Below are positions 12,301 through 27,100 of a stretch of DNA of 64,000 bases, one piece after another (the stretch's first letter is position 1; every line of letters starts with the position of its first letter). The position numbers and the translations under genes are program-made. Source of the stretch: Eledone cirrhosa (taxonomy: Eukaryota); contig OZ024741.1 of the NCBI GenBank assembly GCA_964016885.1, forward strand, positions 340,628,001-340,692,000. Reading direction: 5' to 3'. The notes under the pieces were generated by a model. The model had not been told where the DNA came from and searched no databases. It saw only the letters and a list, made by a program, of their open reading frames with translations.

Positions 12301-15300
12301 AACCTCAGCCTCTCTATCACCTACAGTAATGTTGTGAGTATCTTGACTGTTCTACACCTCAGCCTCTCTATCACCTACAGTAATGCTGTGAGTATCTTGA
12401 CTGTTCCAAACCTCAGCCTCGCTATCACCTACAGTAATGCTGTGAGTATCATGACTGTTCCACACCTCAGCCTCTCTATCACCTACAGTAATACTGTGAG
12501 TATCTTGACTGTTCCAAACCTCAGCCTCGCTATCACCTACAGTAATGCTGTGAGTATCTTGACTGTTCCACACCTCAGCCTCGCTATCACCTACGATAAT
12601 GCTGTGAGTATCTTGACTGTTCCACAACTCAGCCTCGCTATCACCTACAGTAATGCTGTGAGTATCTTGACTGTTCCACACCTCAGCCTCGCTATCACCT
12701 ACAGTAATGCTGTGAGTATCTTGACTGTTCCACACCTCAGCCTCGCTATCACCTACAGTAATACTGTGAGGGTCTTGACTGTTCCACACCTCAGCCTCGC
12801 TATCACCTACAGTAATGCTGTGAGTATCTTGACTGTTCCACACCTCAGCCTCTCTATCACCTACAGTAATGTTGTGAGGGTCTTGACTGTTCCACACCTC
12901 AGCCTCTCTATCACCTACAGTAATGCTGTGAGTATCTTGACTGTTCCACACCTCAGCCTCTCTATCACCTACAGTAATGCTGGGAGTATCTTGACTGTTC
13001 CACACCTCAGCCTCGCTATCACCTACAGTAATGCTGTGAGTATCTTGACTGTTCCACACCTCAGCCTCTCTATCACCTACAGTAATGCTGGGAGTATCTT
13101 GACTGTTCCACACCTCAGCCTCGCTATCACCTACAGTAATGCTGTGAGTATCTTGACTGTTCCACACCTCAGCCTCTCTATCACCTACAGTAATTCTGTG
13201 AGTATCTTGACTGTTCCACACCTCAGCCTCGCTATCACCTACAGTAATGCTGTGAGGGTCTTGACTGTTCCACACCTCAGCCTCGCTATCACCTACAGTA
13301 ATGCTGTGAGGGTCTTGACTGTTCCACACCTCAGCCTCGCTATCACCTACGATAATGCTGTGAGTATCTTGACTGTTCCACACCTCAGCCTCTCTATCAC
13401 CTACAGTAATACTGTGAGTATCTTGACTGTTCCAAACCTCAGCCTCGCTATCACCCACAGTAATGCTGTGAGTATCTTGACTGTTCCAAACCTCAGCCTC
13501 TCTATCACCTACAGTAATGTTGTGAGTATCTTGACTGTTCCACACCTCAGCCTCTCTATCACCTACAGTAATACTGTGAGTATCTTGACTGTTCCACACC
13601 TCAGCCTCTCTATCACCTACAGTAATGTTGTGAGTATCTTGACTGTTCCAAACTTCAGCCTCTCTATCACCTACAGTAATACTGTGAGTATCTTGACTGT
13701 TCCAAACCTCAGCCTCGCTATCACCCACAGTAATGCTGTGAGTATCTTGACTGTTCCAAACCTCAGCCTCTCTATCACCTACAGTAATGTTGTGAGTATC
13801 TTGACTGTTCCACACCTCAGCCTCTCTATCACCTACAGTAATACTGTGAGTATCTTGACTGTTCCACACCTCAGCCTCTCTATCACCTACAGTAATGTTG
13901 TGAGTATCTTGACTGTTCCACACCTCAGCCTCTCTATCACCTACAGTAATACTGTGAGTATCTTGACTGTTCCAAACCTCAGCCTCGCTATCACCCACAG
14001 TAATGCTGTGAGTATCTTGACTCTTCCAAACCTCAGCCTCTCTATCACCTACAGTAATGCTGTGAGTATCTTGACTGTTCCACACCTCAGTCTCGCTATC
14101 ACCTACGATAATGCTGTGAGTATCTTGACTGTTCCACACCTCAGCCTCGCTATAACCTACGATAATGCTGTGAGTATCTTGACTGTTCCACACCTCAGCC
14201 TCTCTATCACCTACAGTAATACTGTGAGTATCTTGACTGTTCCAAACCTCAGCCTCGCTATCACCCACAGTAATGCTGTGAGTATCTTGACTGTTCCAAA
14301 CCTCAGCCTCTCTATCACCTACAGTAATGTTGTGAGTATCTTGACTGTTCCACACCTCAGCCTCTCTATCACCTACAGTAATACTGTGAGTATCTTGACT
14401 GTTCCAAACCTCAGCCTCTCTATCACCTACAGTAATGTTGTGAGTATCTTCACTGTTCCAAACCTCAGCCTCTCTATCACCTACAGTAATGTTGTGAGTA
14501 TCTTGACTGTTCCAAACCTCAGCCTCTCTATCACCTACAGTAATGTTGTGAGTATCTTGACTGTTCCACACCTCAGCCTCTCTATCACCTACAGTAATAC
14601 TGTGAGTATCTTGACTCTTCCAAACCTCAGCCTCTCTATCACCTACAGTAATGTTGTGAGTATCTTGACTGTTCCAAACCTCAGCCTCTCTATCACCTAC
14701 AGTAATGTTGTGAGTATCTTGACTGTTCCAAACCTCAGCCTCTCTATCACCTACAGTAATGTTGTGAGTATCTTGACTGTTCCACACCTCAGCCTCTCTA
14801 TCACCTACAGTAATACTGTGAGTATCTTGACTGTTCCAAACCTCAGCCTCTCTATCACCTACAGTAATGTTGTGAGTATCTTGACTGTTCCAAACCTCAG
14901 CCTCTCTATCACCTACAGTAATGTTGTGAGTATCTTGACTCTTCCACACCTCAGCCTCGCTATCACCTACAGTAATACTGTGAGTATCTTGACTGTTCCA
15001 AACCTCAGCCTCGCTATCACCTACAGTAATGTTGTGAGTATCTTGACTGTTCCACACCTCAGCCTCTCTATCACCTACAGTAATACTGTGAGTATCTTGA
15101 CTGTTCCAAACCTCAGCCTCTCTATCACCTACAGTAATACTGTGAGTATCTTGACTGTTCCACACCTCAGCCTCTCTATCACCTACAATAATGTTGTGAG
15201 TATCTTGACTGTTCCACACCTCAGCCTCTCTATCACCTACAGTAATGTTGTGAGTATCTTGACTGTTCCAAATCTCAGCCTCTCTATCACCTACAGTAAT

Positions 15301-17799
15301 GTTGTGAGTATCTTGACTGTTCCACACCTCAGCCACTCTATCACCTACAATAATGTTGTGAGTATCTTGACTGTTCCAAACCTCAGCCTCTCTATCACCT
15401 ACAGTAATGTTGTGAGTATCTTGACTGTTCTACACCTCAGCCTCTCTATCACCTACAGTAATGCTGTGAGTATCTTGACTGTTCCAAACCTCAGCCTCTC
15501 TATCACCTACAGTAATGTTGTGAGTATCTTGACTGTTCTACACCTCAGCCTCTCTATCACCTACAGTAATGCTGTGAGTATCTTGACTGTTCCAAACCTC
15601 AGCCTCGCTATCACCTACAGTAATGCTGTGAGTATCATGACTGTTCCACACCTCAGCCTCTCTATCACCTACAGTAATACTGTGAGTATCTTGACTGTTC
15701 CAAACCTCAGCCTCGCTATCACCTACAGTAATGCTGTGAGTATCTTGACTGTTCCACACCTCAGCCTCGCTATCACCTACGATAATGCTGTGAGTATCTT
15801 GACTGTTCCACACCTCAGCCTCGCTATCACCTACAGTAATGCTGTGAGTATCTTGACTGTTCCACACCTCAGCCTCGCTATCACCTACAGTAATGCTGTG
15901 AGTATCTTGACTGTTCCACACCTCAGCCTCGCTATCACCTACAGTAATACTGTGAGGGTCTTGACTGTTCCACACCTCAGCCTCGCTATCACCTACAGTA
16001 ATGCTGTGAGTATCTTGACTGTTCCACACCTCAGCCTCTCTATCACCTACAGTAATGTTGTGAGGGTCTTGACTGTTCCACACCTCAGCCTCTCTATCAC
16101 CTACAGTAATGCTGTGAGTATCTTGACTGTTCCACACCTCAGCCTCTCTATCACCTACAGTAATGCTGGGAGTATCTTGACTGTTCCACACCTCAGCCTC
16201 GCTATCACCTACAGTAATGCTGTGAGTATCTTGACTGTTCCACACCTCAGCCTCTCTATCACCTACAGTAATGCTGGGAGTATCTTGACTGTTCCACACC
16301 TCAGCCTCGCTATCACCTACAGTAATGCTGTGAGTATCTTGACTGTTCCACACCTCAGCCTCTCTATCACCTACAGTAATTCTGTGAGTATCTTGACTGT
16401 TCCACACCTCAGCCTCGCTATCACCTACAGTAATGCTGTGAGGGTCTTGACTGTTCCACACCTCAGCCTCGCTATCACCTACAGTAATGCTGTGAGTATC
16501 TTGACTGTTCCACACCTCAGCCTCGCTATCACCTACAGTAATGCTGTGAGGGTTTTGACTGTTCCACACCTCAGCCTCGCTATCACCTACGATAATGCTG
16601 TGAGTATCTTGACTGTTCCACACCTCAGCCTCTCTATCACCTACAGTAATACTGTGAGTATCTTGACTGTTCCAAACCTCAGCCTCGCTATCACCCACAG
16701 TAATGCTGTGAGTATCTTGACTGTTCCAAACCTCAGCCTCTCTATCACCTACAGTAATCTTGTGAGTATCTTGACTGTTCCACACCTCAGCCTCTCTATC
16801 ACCTACAGTAATACTGTGAGTATCTTGACTGTTCCACACCTCAGCCTCTCTATCACCTACAGTAATGTTGTGAGTATCTTGACTGTTTCAAACTTCAGCC
16901 TCTCTATCACCTACAGTAATACTGTGAGTATCTTGACTGTTCCAAACCTCAGCCTCGCTATCACCCACAGTAATGCTGTGAGTATCTTGACTGTTCCAAA
17001 CCTCAGCCTCTCTATCACCTACAGTAATGTTGTGAGTATCTTGACTGTTCCACACCTCAGCCTCTCTATCACCTACAGTAATACTGTGAGTATCTTGACT
17101 GTTCCACACCTCAGCCTCTCTATCACCTACAGTAATGTTGTGAGTATCTTGACTGTTCCACACCTCAGCCTCTCTATCACCTACAGTAATACTGTGAGTA
17201 TCTTGACTGTTCCAAACCTCAGCCTCGCTATCACCCACAGTAATGCTGTGAGTATCTTGACTCTTCCAAACCTCAGCCTCTCTATCACCTACAGTAATGC
17301 TGTGAGTATCTTGACTGTTCCACACCTCAGTCTCGCTATCACCTACGATAATGCTGTGAGTATCTTGACTGTTCCACACCTCAGCCTCGCTATCACCTAC
17401 GATAATGCTGTGAGTATCTTGACTGTTCCACACCTCAGCCTCTCTATCACCTACAGTAATACTGTGAGTATCTTGACTGTTCCAAACCTCAGCCTCGCTA
17501 TCACCCACAGTAATGCTGTGAGTATCTTGACTGTTCCAAACCTCAGCCTCTCTATCACCTACAGTAATGTTGTGAGTATCTTGACTGTTCCACACCTCAG
17601 CCTCTCTATCACCTACAGTAATACTGTGAGTATCTTGACTGTTCCAAACCTCAGCCTCTCTATCACCTACAGTAATGTTGTTAGTATCTTCACTGTTCCA
17701 AACCTCAGCCTCTCTATCACCTACAGTAATGTTGTGAGTATCTTGACTGTTCCAAACCTCAGCCTCTCTATCACCTACAGTAATGTTGTGAGTACTTGA
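22..17799 (+). other. Repeat-derived open frame, (AITYSNAVSILTVPHLSL)n; probably non-coding. Representative of all + strand ORFs in the track
   Basis: Begins at a GTG at the window edge with no real start and no unique N- or C-terminal domain. Ends at a 1-bp deletion (AGTATCTTG to AGTACTTG near 17795). The common variants are mostly non-synonymous. Confidence refers to the non-coding call. Confidence 0.8.
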
Positions 17800-20150
17800 C
17801 TGTTCCACACCTCAGCCTCTCTATCACCTACAGTAATACTGTGAGTATCTTGACTCTTCCAAACCTCAGCCTCTCTATCACCTACAGTAATGTTGTGAGT
17901 ATCTTGACTGTTCCAAACCTCAGCCTCTCTATCACCTACAGTAATGTTGTGAGTATCTTGACTGTTCCAAACCTCAGCCTCTCTATCACCTACAGTAATG
18001 TTGTGAGTATCTTGACTGTTCCACACCTCAGCCTCTCTATCACCTACAGTAATACTGTGAGTATCTTGACTGTTCCAAACCTCAGCCTCTCTATCACCTA
18101 CAGTAATGTTGTGAGTATCTTGACTGTTCCAAACCTCAGCCTCTCTATCACCTACAGTAATGTTGTGAGTATCTTGACTGTTCCAAACCTCAGCCTCTCT
18201 ATCACCTACAGTAATGTTGTGAGTATCTTGACTGTTCCACACCTCAGCCTCTCTATCACCTACAGTAATACTGTGAGTATCTTGACTGTTCCAAACCTCA
18301 GCCTCTCTATCACCTACAGTAATACTGTGAGTATCTTGACTGTTCCAAACCTCAGCCTCTCTATCACCTACAGTAATGCTGTGAGTATCTTGACTGTTCC
18401 ACACCTCAGCCTCTCTATCACCTACAGTAATGTTGTGAGTATCTTGACTGTTCCACACCTCAGCCTCTCTATCACCTACAGTAATACTGTGAGTATCTTG
18501 ACTGTTCCAAACCTCAGCCTCTCTATCACCTACAGTAATACTGTGAGTATCTTGACTGTTCCACACCTCAGCCTCTCTATCACCTACAGTAATGTTGTGA
18601 GTATCTTGACTGTTCCACACCTCAGCCTCTCTATCACATACAGTAATGTTGTGAGTATCTTGACTGTTCCACACCTCAGCCTCTCTATCACCTACAGTAA
18701 TACTGTGAGTATCTTGACTGTTCCAAACCTCAGCCTCTCTATCACCTACAGTAATACTGTGAGTATCTTGACTGTTCCACACCTCAGCCTCTCTATCACC
18801 TACAGTAATGTTGTGAGTATCTTGACTGTTCCACACCTCAGCCTCTCTATCACCTACAGTAATGTTGTGAGTATCTTGACTGTTCCACACCTCAGCCTCT
18901 CTATCACCTACAGTAATACTGTGAGTATCTTGACTGTTCCAAACCTCAGCCTCTCTATCACCTACAGTAATACTGTGAGTATCTTGACTGTTCCACACCT
19001 CAGCCTCTCTATCACCTACAGTAATGTTGTGAGTATCTTGACTGTTCCACACCTCAGCCTCTCTATCACCTACAGTAATGTTGTGAGTATCTTGACTGTT
19101 CCACACCTCAGCCTCTCTATCACCTACAGTAATACTGTGAGCATCTTGACTGTTCCAAACCTCAGCCTCTCTATCACCTACAGTAATACTGTGAGTATCT
19201 TGACTGTTCCACACCTCAGCCTCTCTATCACCTACAGTTATGTTGTGAGTATCTTGACTGTTCCACACCTCAGCCTCGCTATCACCTACAGTAATACTGT
19301 GAGTATCTTGACTGTTCCAAACCTCAGCCTCTCTATCACCTACAGTAATGTTGTGAGTATCTTGACTGTTCCACACCTCAGCCTCTCTATCACCTACAGT
19401 AATACTGTGAGTATCTTGACTGTTCCAAACCTCAGCCTCTCTATCACCTACAGTAATACTGTGAGTATCTTGACTGTTCCACACCTCAGCCTCTCTATCA
19501 CCTACAATAATGTTGTGAGTATCTTGACTGTTCCACACCTCAGCCTCTCTATCACCTACAGTAATGTTGTGAGTATCTTGACTGTTCCAAATCTCAGCCT
19601 CTCTATCACCTACAGTAATGTTGTGAGTATCTTGACTGTTCCACACCTCAGCCTCTCTATCACCTACAATAATGTTGTGAGTATCTTGACTGTTCCAAAC
19701 CTCAGCCTCTCTATCACCTACAGTAATGTTGTGAGTATCTTGACTGTTCTACACCTCAGCCTGTCTATCACCTACAGTAATGCTGTGAGTATCTTGACTG
19801 TTCCAAACCTCAGCCTCTCTATCACCTACAGTAATGTTGTGAGTATCTTGACTGTTCTACACCTCAGCCTCTCTATCACCTACAGTAATGCTGTGAGTAT
19901 CTTGACTGTTCCAAACCTCAGCCTCGCTATCACCTACAGTAATGCTGTGAGTATCATGACTGTTCCACACCTCAGCCTCTCTATCACCTACAGTAATACT
20001 GTGAGTATCTTGACTGTTCCAAACCTCAGCCTCGCTATCACCTACAGTAATGCTGTGAGTATCTTGACTGTTCCACACCTCAGCCTCGCTATCACCTACG
20101 ATAATGCTGTGAGTATCTTGACTGTTCCACACCTCAGCCTCGTTATCACC
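8850..20150. repeat. Three tandem copies of a 3.2-4.3 kb higher-order repeat (about 72, 59 and 80 monomers)
   Basis: The paired GCTGGG marker starts at 9091, 12979 and 16165 (offsets 3888, 3186). The ATCATGACT marker (its ATG) is at 12451, 15637 and 19956 (offsets 3186, and 4319 = 80x54-1, spanning the 1-bp deletion near 17795). Confidence 0.9.
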
Positions 20151-22449
20151 TACGATAATGCTGTGAGTATCTTGACTGTTCCACACCTCAGCCTCTCTAT
20201 CACCAACAGTAATGCTCTGAGTATCTTGACTGTTCCACACCTCAGCCTCGCTATCACCTACAGTAATGCTGTGAGGGTCTTGACTGTTCCACACCTCAGC
20301 CTCGCTATCTCCCACAGTAATGCTGTGAGTATCTTGACTGTTCCAAACCTCAGCCTCGCTATCACCTACAGTAATGCTGTGAGGGTCTTGACTGTTCCAC
20401 ACCTCAGCCTCTCTATCACCTACAGTAATGCTGTGAGTATCTTGACTGTTCCACACCTCAGCCTCGCTATCACCTACGATAATGCTGTGAGTATCTTGAC
20501 TGTTCCACACCTCAGCCTCTCTATCACCTACAGTAATGCTGTGAGTATCTTGACTGTTCCACACCACAGCCTCTCTATCACCAACAATAATGCTGTGAGT
20601 ATCTTGACCGTTCCACACCTCAGCCTCGCTATCACCTACAGTAATACTGTGAGGGTCTTGACTGTTCCACACCTCAGCCTCGCTATCACCTACAGTAATA
20701 CTGTGAGTATCTTGACTGTTCCACACCTCAGCCTCGCTATCACCTACAGTAATGCTGTGAGTATCTTGACTGTTCTACACCTCAGCCTCTCTATCACCTA
20801 CAGTAATGCTGTGAGTATCTTGACTGCTCCACACTTCAGCCTCGCTATCACCTACAATAATGCTGTGAGTATCTTGACTGTTCCACACTTCAGCCTCTCT
20901 ATCACCTACAGTAATGCTGTGAGGGTCTTGACTGTTCCACACCTCAGCCTCGCTATCTCCCACAGTAATGCTGTGAGTATCTTGACTGTTCCACACCTCA
21001 GCCTCTCTATCACCAACAATAATGCTGTGAGTATCTTGACCGTTCCACACCTCAGCCTCGCTATCACCTACAGTAATGCTGTGAGGGTCTTGACTGTTCC
21101 ACACCTCAGCCTCGCTATCACCTACAGTAATACTGTGAGTATCTTGACTGTTCCACACTTCAGCCTCTCTATCACCTACGATAATGCTGTGAGCATCTTG
21201 ACTGTTCCACACCTCAGCCTCACTATCACCTACAGTAATGCTGTGAGTATCTTGACTGTTCCACACCTCAGCCTCTCTATCACCTACAGTAATGCTGTGA
21301 GTATCTTGACTGTTCCACACCTCAGCCTCGCTATCACCTACAGTAATGCTGTGAGTATCTTGACTGTTCCACACCTCAGCCGCTCTATCACCTACAGTAA
21401 TGTTGTGAGGGTCTTGACTGTTCCACACCTCAGCCTCGCTATCACCTACAGTAATGCTGTGAGTATCTTGACTGTTCCACACCTCAGCCTCGCTATCACC
21501 TACAGTAATGTTGTGAGGGTCTTGACTGTTCCACACCTCAGCCTCGCTATCACCCACAGTAATGCTGTGAGTATCTTGACTGTTCCACACCTCAGCCTCG
21601 CTATCACCAACAGTAATGCTGTGAGTATCTTGACTGTTCCACACCTCAGCCTCGCTATCACCTACAGTAATGTTGTGAGGGTCTTGACTGTTCCACACCT
21701 CAGCCTCGCTATCACCCACAGTAATGCTGTGAGTATCTTGACTGTTCCACACCTCAGCCTCTCTATCACCTACAGTAATGCTGTGAGTATCTTGACTGTT
21801 CCACACCTCAGCCTCTCTATCAACTACAGTAATGCTGTGAGTATCTTGACTGTTCCACACCTCAGCCTCTCTATCACCTACAGTAATGCTGTGAGTATCT
21901 TGACTGTTCCACACCTCAGCCTCGCTATCACCTACAGTAATGCTGTGAGTATCTTGACTGTTCCACACCTCAGCCTCTCTATCAACTACAGTAATGCTGT
22001 GAGTATCTTGACTGTTCCACACCTCAGCCTCTCTATCACCTACAGTAATGCTGTGAGTATCTTGACTGTTCCACACCTCAGCCTCTCTATCACCTACAGT
22101 AATGCTGTGAGTATCTTGACTGTTCCACACCTCAGCCTCTCTATCAACTACAGTAATGCTGTGAGTATCTTGACTGTTCCACACCTCAGCCTCTCTATCA
22201 CCTACAGTAATGCTGTGAGTATCTTGACTGTTCCACACCTCAGCCTCGCTATCACCTACAGTAATGCTGTGAGTATCTTGACTGTTCCACACCTCAGACT
22301 CGCTATCACCTACAGTAATGTTGTGAGTATCTTGACTGTTCCACACCTCAGTCTCGCTATCTCCTACAGTAATGCTGTGAGTATCTTGACTGTTCCACAC
22401 CTCAGCCTCGCTATCACCTACGATAATGCTGTGAGTATCTTGACTGTTC

Positions 22450-23200
22450 TACACCTCAGCCTCGCTATCACCTACAGTAATGCTGTGAGTATCTTGACTG
22501 TTCCACACCTCAGCCTCGCTATCACCTACGATAATGCTGTGAGTATCTTGACTGTTCCACACCTCAGCCTCGCTATCACCTACAGTAATCCTGTGAGTAT
22601 CTTGACTGTTCCACACCTCAGCCTCGCTATCACCTACAGTAATGCTGTGAGTATCTTGACTGTTCCACACCTCAGCCTCGCTATCACCTACAGTAATGCA
22701 GTGAGTATCTTGACTGTTCCACACCTCAGCCTCTCTATCACCTACAGAACTGCTGTGAGGGTTTGACTGTTGCACACCTCAGCCTCTATATCACCTACAG
22801 TAATGCTGTGAGTATCTTGACTGTTCCACACCTCAGCCTCGCTATCACCTACGATAATGCTGTGAGTATCTTGACTGTTCCACACCTCAGCCTCGCTATC
22901 ACCTACAGTAATCCTGTGAGTATCTTGACTGTTCCACACCTCAGCCTCGCTATCACCTACAGTAATGCTGTGAGTATCTTGACTGTTCCACACCTCAGCC
23001 TCGCTATCACCTACAGTAATGCAGTGAGTATCTTGACTGTTCCACACCTCAGCCTCTCTATCACCTACAGAACTGCTGTGAGGGTTTGACTGTTGCACAC
23101 CTCAGCCTCTATATCACCTACAGTAATGCTGTGAGTATCTTGACTGTTCCACACCTCAGCCTCGCTATCACCTACGATAATGCTGTGAGTATCTTGACTG
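22450..23200. repeat. 323-bp tandem duplication (6 monomers minus 1 bp)
   Basis: The ordered set TACGAT, AATCCT, AATGCAGTG, AGAACT...GGGTTTGACTGTTGCA, CTCTAT repeats at offset 323 (deletion sites near 22763 and 23086). Confidence 0.92.
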
Positions 23201-24199
23201 TTCCACACCTCAGTCTCGCTATCACCTACAGTAATGCTGTAAGTATCTTGACTGTTCCACACATCAGCCTCTCTATCACCTACAGTAATGTTGTGAGTAT
23301 CTTGACTGTTCCACACCTCAGCCTCGCTATCACCTACAGTAATGCTGTGAGTATCTTGACTGTTCCACACCTCAGCCTCTCTATCACCTACAGTAATGTT
23401 GTGAGTATCTTGACTGTTCCACACCTCAGCCTCTCTATCACCTGCAGTAATACTGTGAGTATCTTGACTGTTCCAAACCTCAGCCTCGCTATCACCCACA
23501 GTAATGCTGTGAGTATCTTGACTGTTCCAAACCTCAGCCTCTCTATCACCTACAGTAATGCTGTGAGTATCTTGACTGTTCCAAACCTCAGCCTTGCTAT
23601 CACCTACAGTAATGCTGTGAGTATCTTGACTGTTCCAAACCTCAGCCTCGCTATCACCTACAGTAATGCTGTGAGTATCTTGACTGTTCCAAACTTCAGC
23701 CTTACTATCACCTACAGTAATGTTGTGAGTATCTTGACTGTTCCAAATCTCAGCCTCGCTATCACCAACAGTAATGCTGTGAGTATCTTGACTGTTCCAA
23801 ACCTCAGCCTTGCTATCACCTACAGTAATGCTGTGAGTATCTTGACTGTTCCAAACCTCAGCCTCGCTATCACCTACAGTAATGCTGTGAGTATCTTGAC
23901 TGTTCCAAACCTCAGCCTTGCTATCACCTACAGTAATGCTGTGAGTATCTTGACTGTTCCAAACCTCAGCCTTGCTATCACCTACAGTAATGCTGTGAGT
24001 ATCTTGACTGTTCCAAACCTCAGCCTTGCTATCACCTACAGTAATGCTGTGAGTATCTTGACCGTTCCACACCTCAGCCTCGCTATCACCTACAGTAAGG
24101 CTGTGAGTATCTTGACTGTTCCAAACCTCAGCCTCGCTATCACCAACAGTAATGCTGTGAGTATCTTGACTGTTCCACACCTCAGTCTCTCTATCACCT

Positions 24200-27100
24200 A
24201 CAGTAATGCTGTGAGGGTCTTGACTGTTCCACACTTCAGCCTCTCTATCACCTACAGTAATGCTGTGAGTATCTTGACTGTTCCACACCTCAGCCTCTCT
24301 ATCACCTACAGTAATGCTGTGAGTATCTTGACTGTTCCACACCTCAGCCTCGCTATCACCTACAGTAATGCTGTGAGTATCTTGACTGTTCCACACCTCA
24401 GTCTCTCTATCACCTACAGTAATTTTGTGAGGGTCTTGACTGTTCCACACCTCAGCCTCGCTATCACCTACAGTAATGCTGTGAGTATCTTTAGTGTTCC
24501 ACACCTCAGCCTCGCTATCACCTACAGTAATGTTGTGAGGGTCTTGACTGTTCCACACCTCAGCCTCTCTATCACCTACAGTAATGCTGTGAGTATCTTT
24601 ACTGTTCCACACCTCAGCCTCTCTATCACCTACAGTAATGCTGTGAGTATCTTGACTGTTCCACACCTCAGCCTCGCTATCACCTACAGTAATGCTGTGA
24701 GTATCTTGACTGTTCCACACCTCAGCCTCTCTATCACCTACAGTAATGCTGTGAGTATCTTTACTGTTCCACACCTCAGCCTCGCTATCACCTACAGTAA
24801 TGCTGTGAGTATCTTGACTGTTCCACACCTCAGCCTCGTTATCACCTACAGTAATGCTGTGAGTATCTTGACTGTTCCACACCTCAGACTCGCTATCACC
24901 TACAGTAATGCTGTGAGTATCTTGACTGTTCCACACCTCAGACTCGCTATCACCTACAGTAATGTTGTGAGTATCTTGACTGTTCCACACCTCAGACTCG
25001 CTATCACCTACAGTAATGCTGTGAGGGTCTTGACTGTTCCACACCTCAGCCTCTCTATCACCTACAGTAATGCTGTGAGTATCTTGACTGTTCCACACCT
25101 CAGCCTCTCTATCACCTACAGTAATGCTGTGAGTATCTTGACTGTTCCACACCTCAGCCTCTCTATCACCTACAGTAATGCTGTGAGTATCTTGACTGTT
25201 CCACACCTCAGCCTCTCTATCACCTACAGAAGTGCTGTGAGGGTTTGACTGTTCACCACCTCAGCCTCTCTATCACCTACAGTAATGTTGTAAGTATCTT
25301 GACTGTTCCACACCTCAGACTCGCTATCACCTACAGTAATGCTGTGAGTATCTTGACTGTTCCACACCTCAGACTCGCTATCACCTACAGTAATGCTGTG
25401 AGTATCTTGACTGTTCCACACCTCAGCCTCTCTATCACCTACAGTAATGCTGTGAGTATCTTGACTGTTCCACACCTCAGCCTCGCTATCACCTACAGTA
25501 ATGCTGTGAGTATCTTGACTGTTCCACACCTCAGACTCGTTATCACCTACAGTAATGCTGTGAGTATCTTGACTGTTCCACACCTCAGCCTCTCTATCAC
25601 CTACAGTAATGCTGTGAGTATCTTGACTGTTCCACACCTCAGCCTCGCTATCACCTACAGTAATGCTGTGAGTATCTTGACTGTTCCACACCTCAGACTC
25701 GCTATCACCTACAGTAATGCTGTAAGTATCTTGACTGTTCCACACCTCAGCCTCGCTATCACCTACAGTAATGCTGTGAGTATCTTGACTGTTCCACACC
25801 TCGGACTCGCTATCACCTACAGTAATGCTGTGAGTATCTTGACTGTTCCACACCTCAGCCTCTCTATCACCTACAGTAATGCTGTGAGTATCTTGACTGT
25901 TCCACACCGCAGCCTCGCTATCACCTACAGTAATGCTGTGAGTATCTTGACTGTTCCACAACTCAGACTCGCTATCACCTACAGTAATGTTGTGAGTATC
26001 TTGACTGTTCCACACCTCAGCCTCGCTATCTCCTACAGTAATGCTGTGAGTATCTTGACTGTTCCACACCTCAGCCTCGCTATCACCTACAGTAATGCTA
26101 TGAGTATCTTGACTGTTCCACACCTCAGCCTCGCTATCACCTACAGTAATGCTGTGAGTATCTTGACTGTTCCACACCTCAGCCTCGCTATCACCTACAG
26201 TAATGTTGTGAGGGTCTTGACTGTTCCACACCTCAGCCTCGCTATCACCCACAGTAATGCTGTGAGTATCTTGACTGTTCCACACCTCAGCCTCTCTATA
26301 ACCTACAGTAATGCTGTGAGTATCTTGACTGTTCCACACCTCAGACTCGCTATCACCTACAGTAATTCTGTGAGTATCTTGACTGTTCCACACCTCAGAC
26401 TGGCTATCACCTACAGTAATGTTGTGAGTATCTTGACTGTTCCACACCTCAGCCTCGCTATCACCTACAGTAATGCTGTGAGTATCTTGACTGTTCCACA
26501 CCTCAGTCTCGCTATCACCTACAGTAATGCTGTGAGTATCTTGACTGTTCCACACCTCAGCCTCGCTATCACCTACAGTAATGCTGTGAGTATCTTGACT
26601 GTTCCACACCTCAGCCTCGCTATCACCTACAGTAATGCTATGAGTATCTTGACTGTTCCACACCTCAGCCTCGCTATCACCTACAGTGATGCTGTGAGTA
26701 TCTTGACTGTTCCACACCTCAGCCTCGCTATCACCTACAGTAATGTTGTGAGGGTCTTGACTGTTCCACACCTCAGCCTCGCTATCACCCACAGTAATGC
26801 TGTGAGTATCTTGACTGTTCCACACCTCAGCCTCTCTATCACCTACAGTAATGCTGTGAGTATCTTGACAGTTCCACACCTCAGACTCGCTATCACCTAC
26901 AGTAATTCTGTGAGTATCTTGACTGTTCCACACCTCAGACTCGCTATCACCTACAGTAATGTTGTGAGTATCTTGACTGTTCCACACCTCAGCCTCGCTA
27001 TCACCTACAGTAATGCTGTGAGTATTTTGACTGTTCCACACCTCAGTCTCGCTATCACCTACAGTAATGCTGTGAGTATCTTGACTGTTCCACACCTCAG

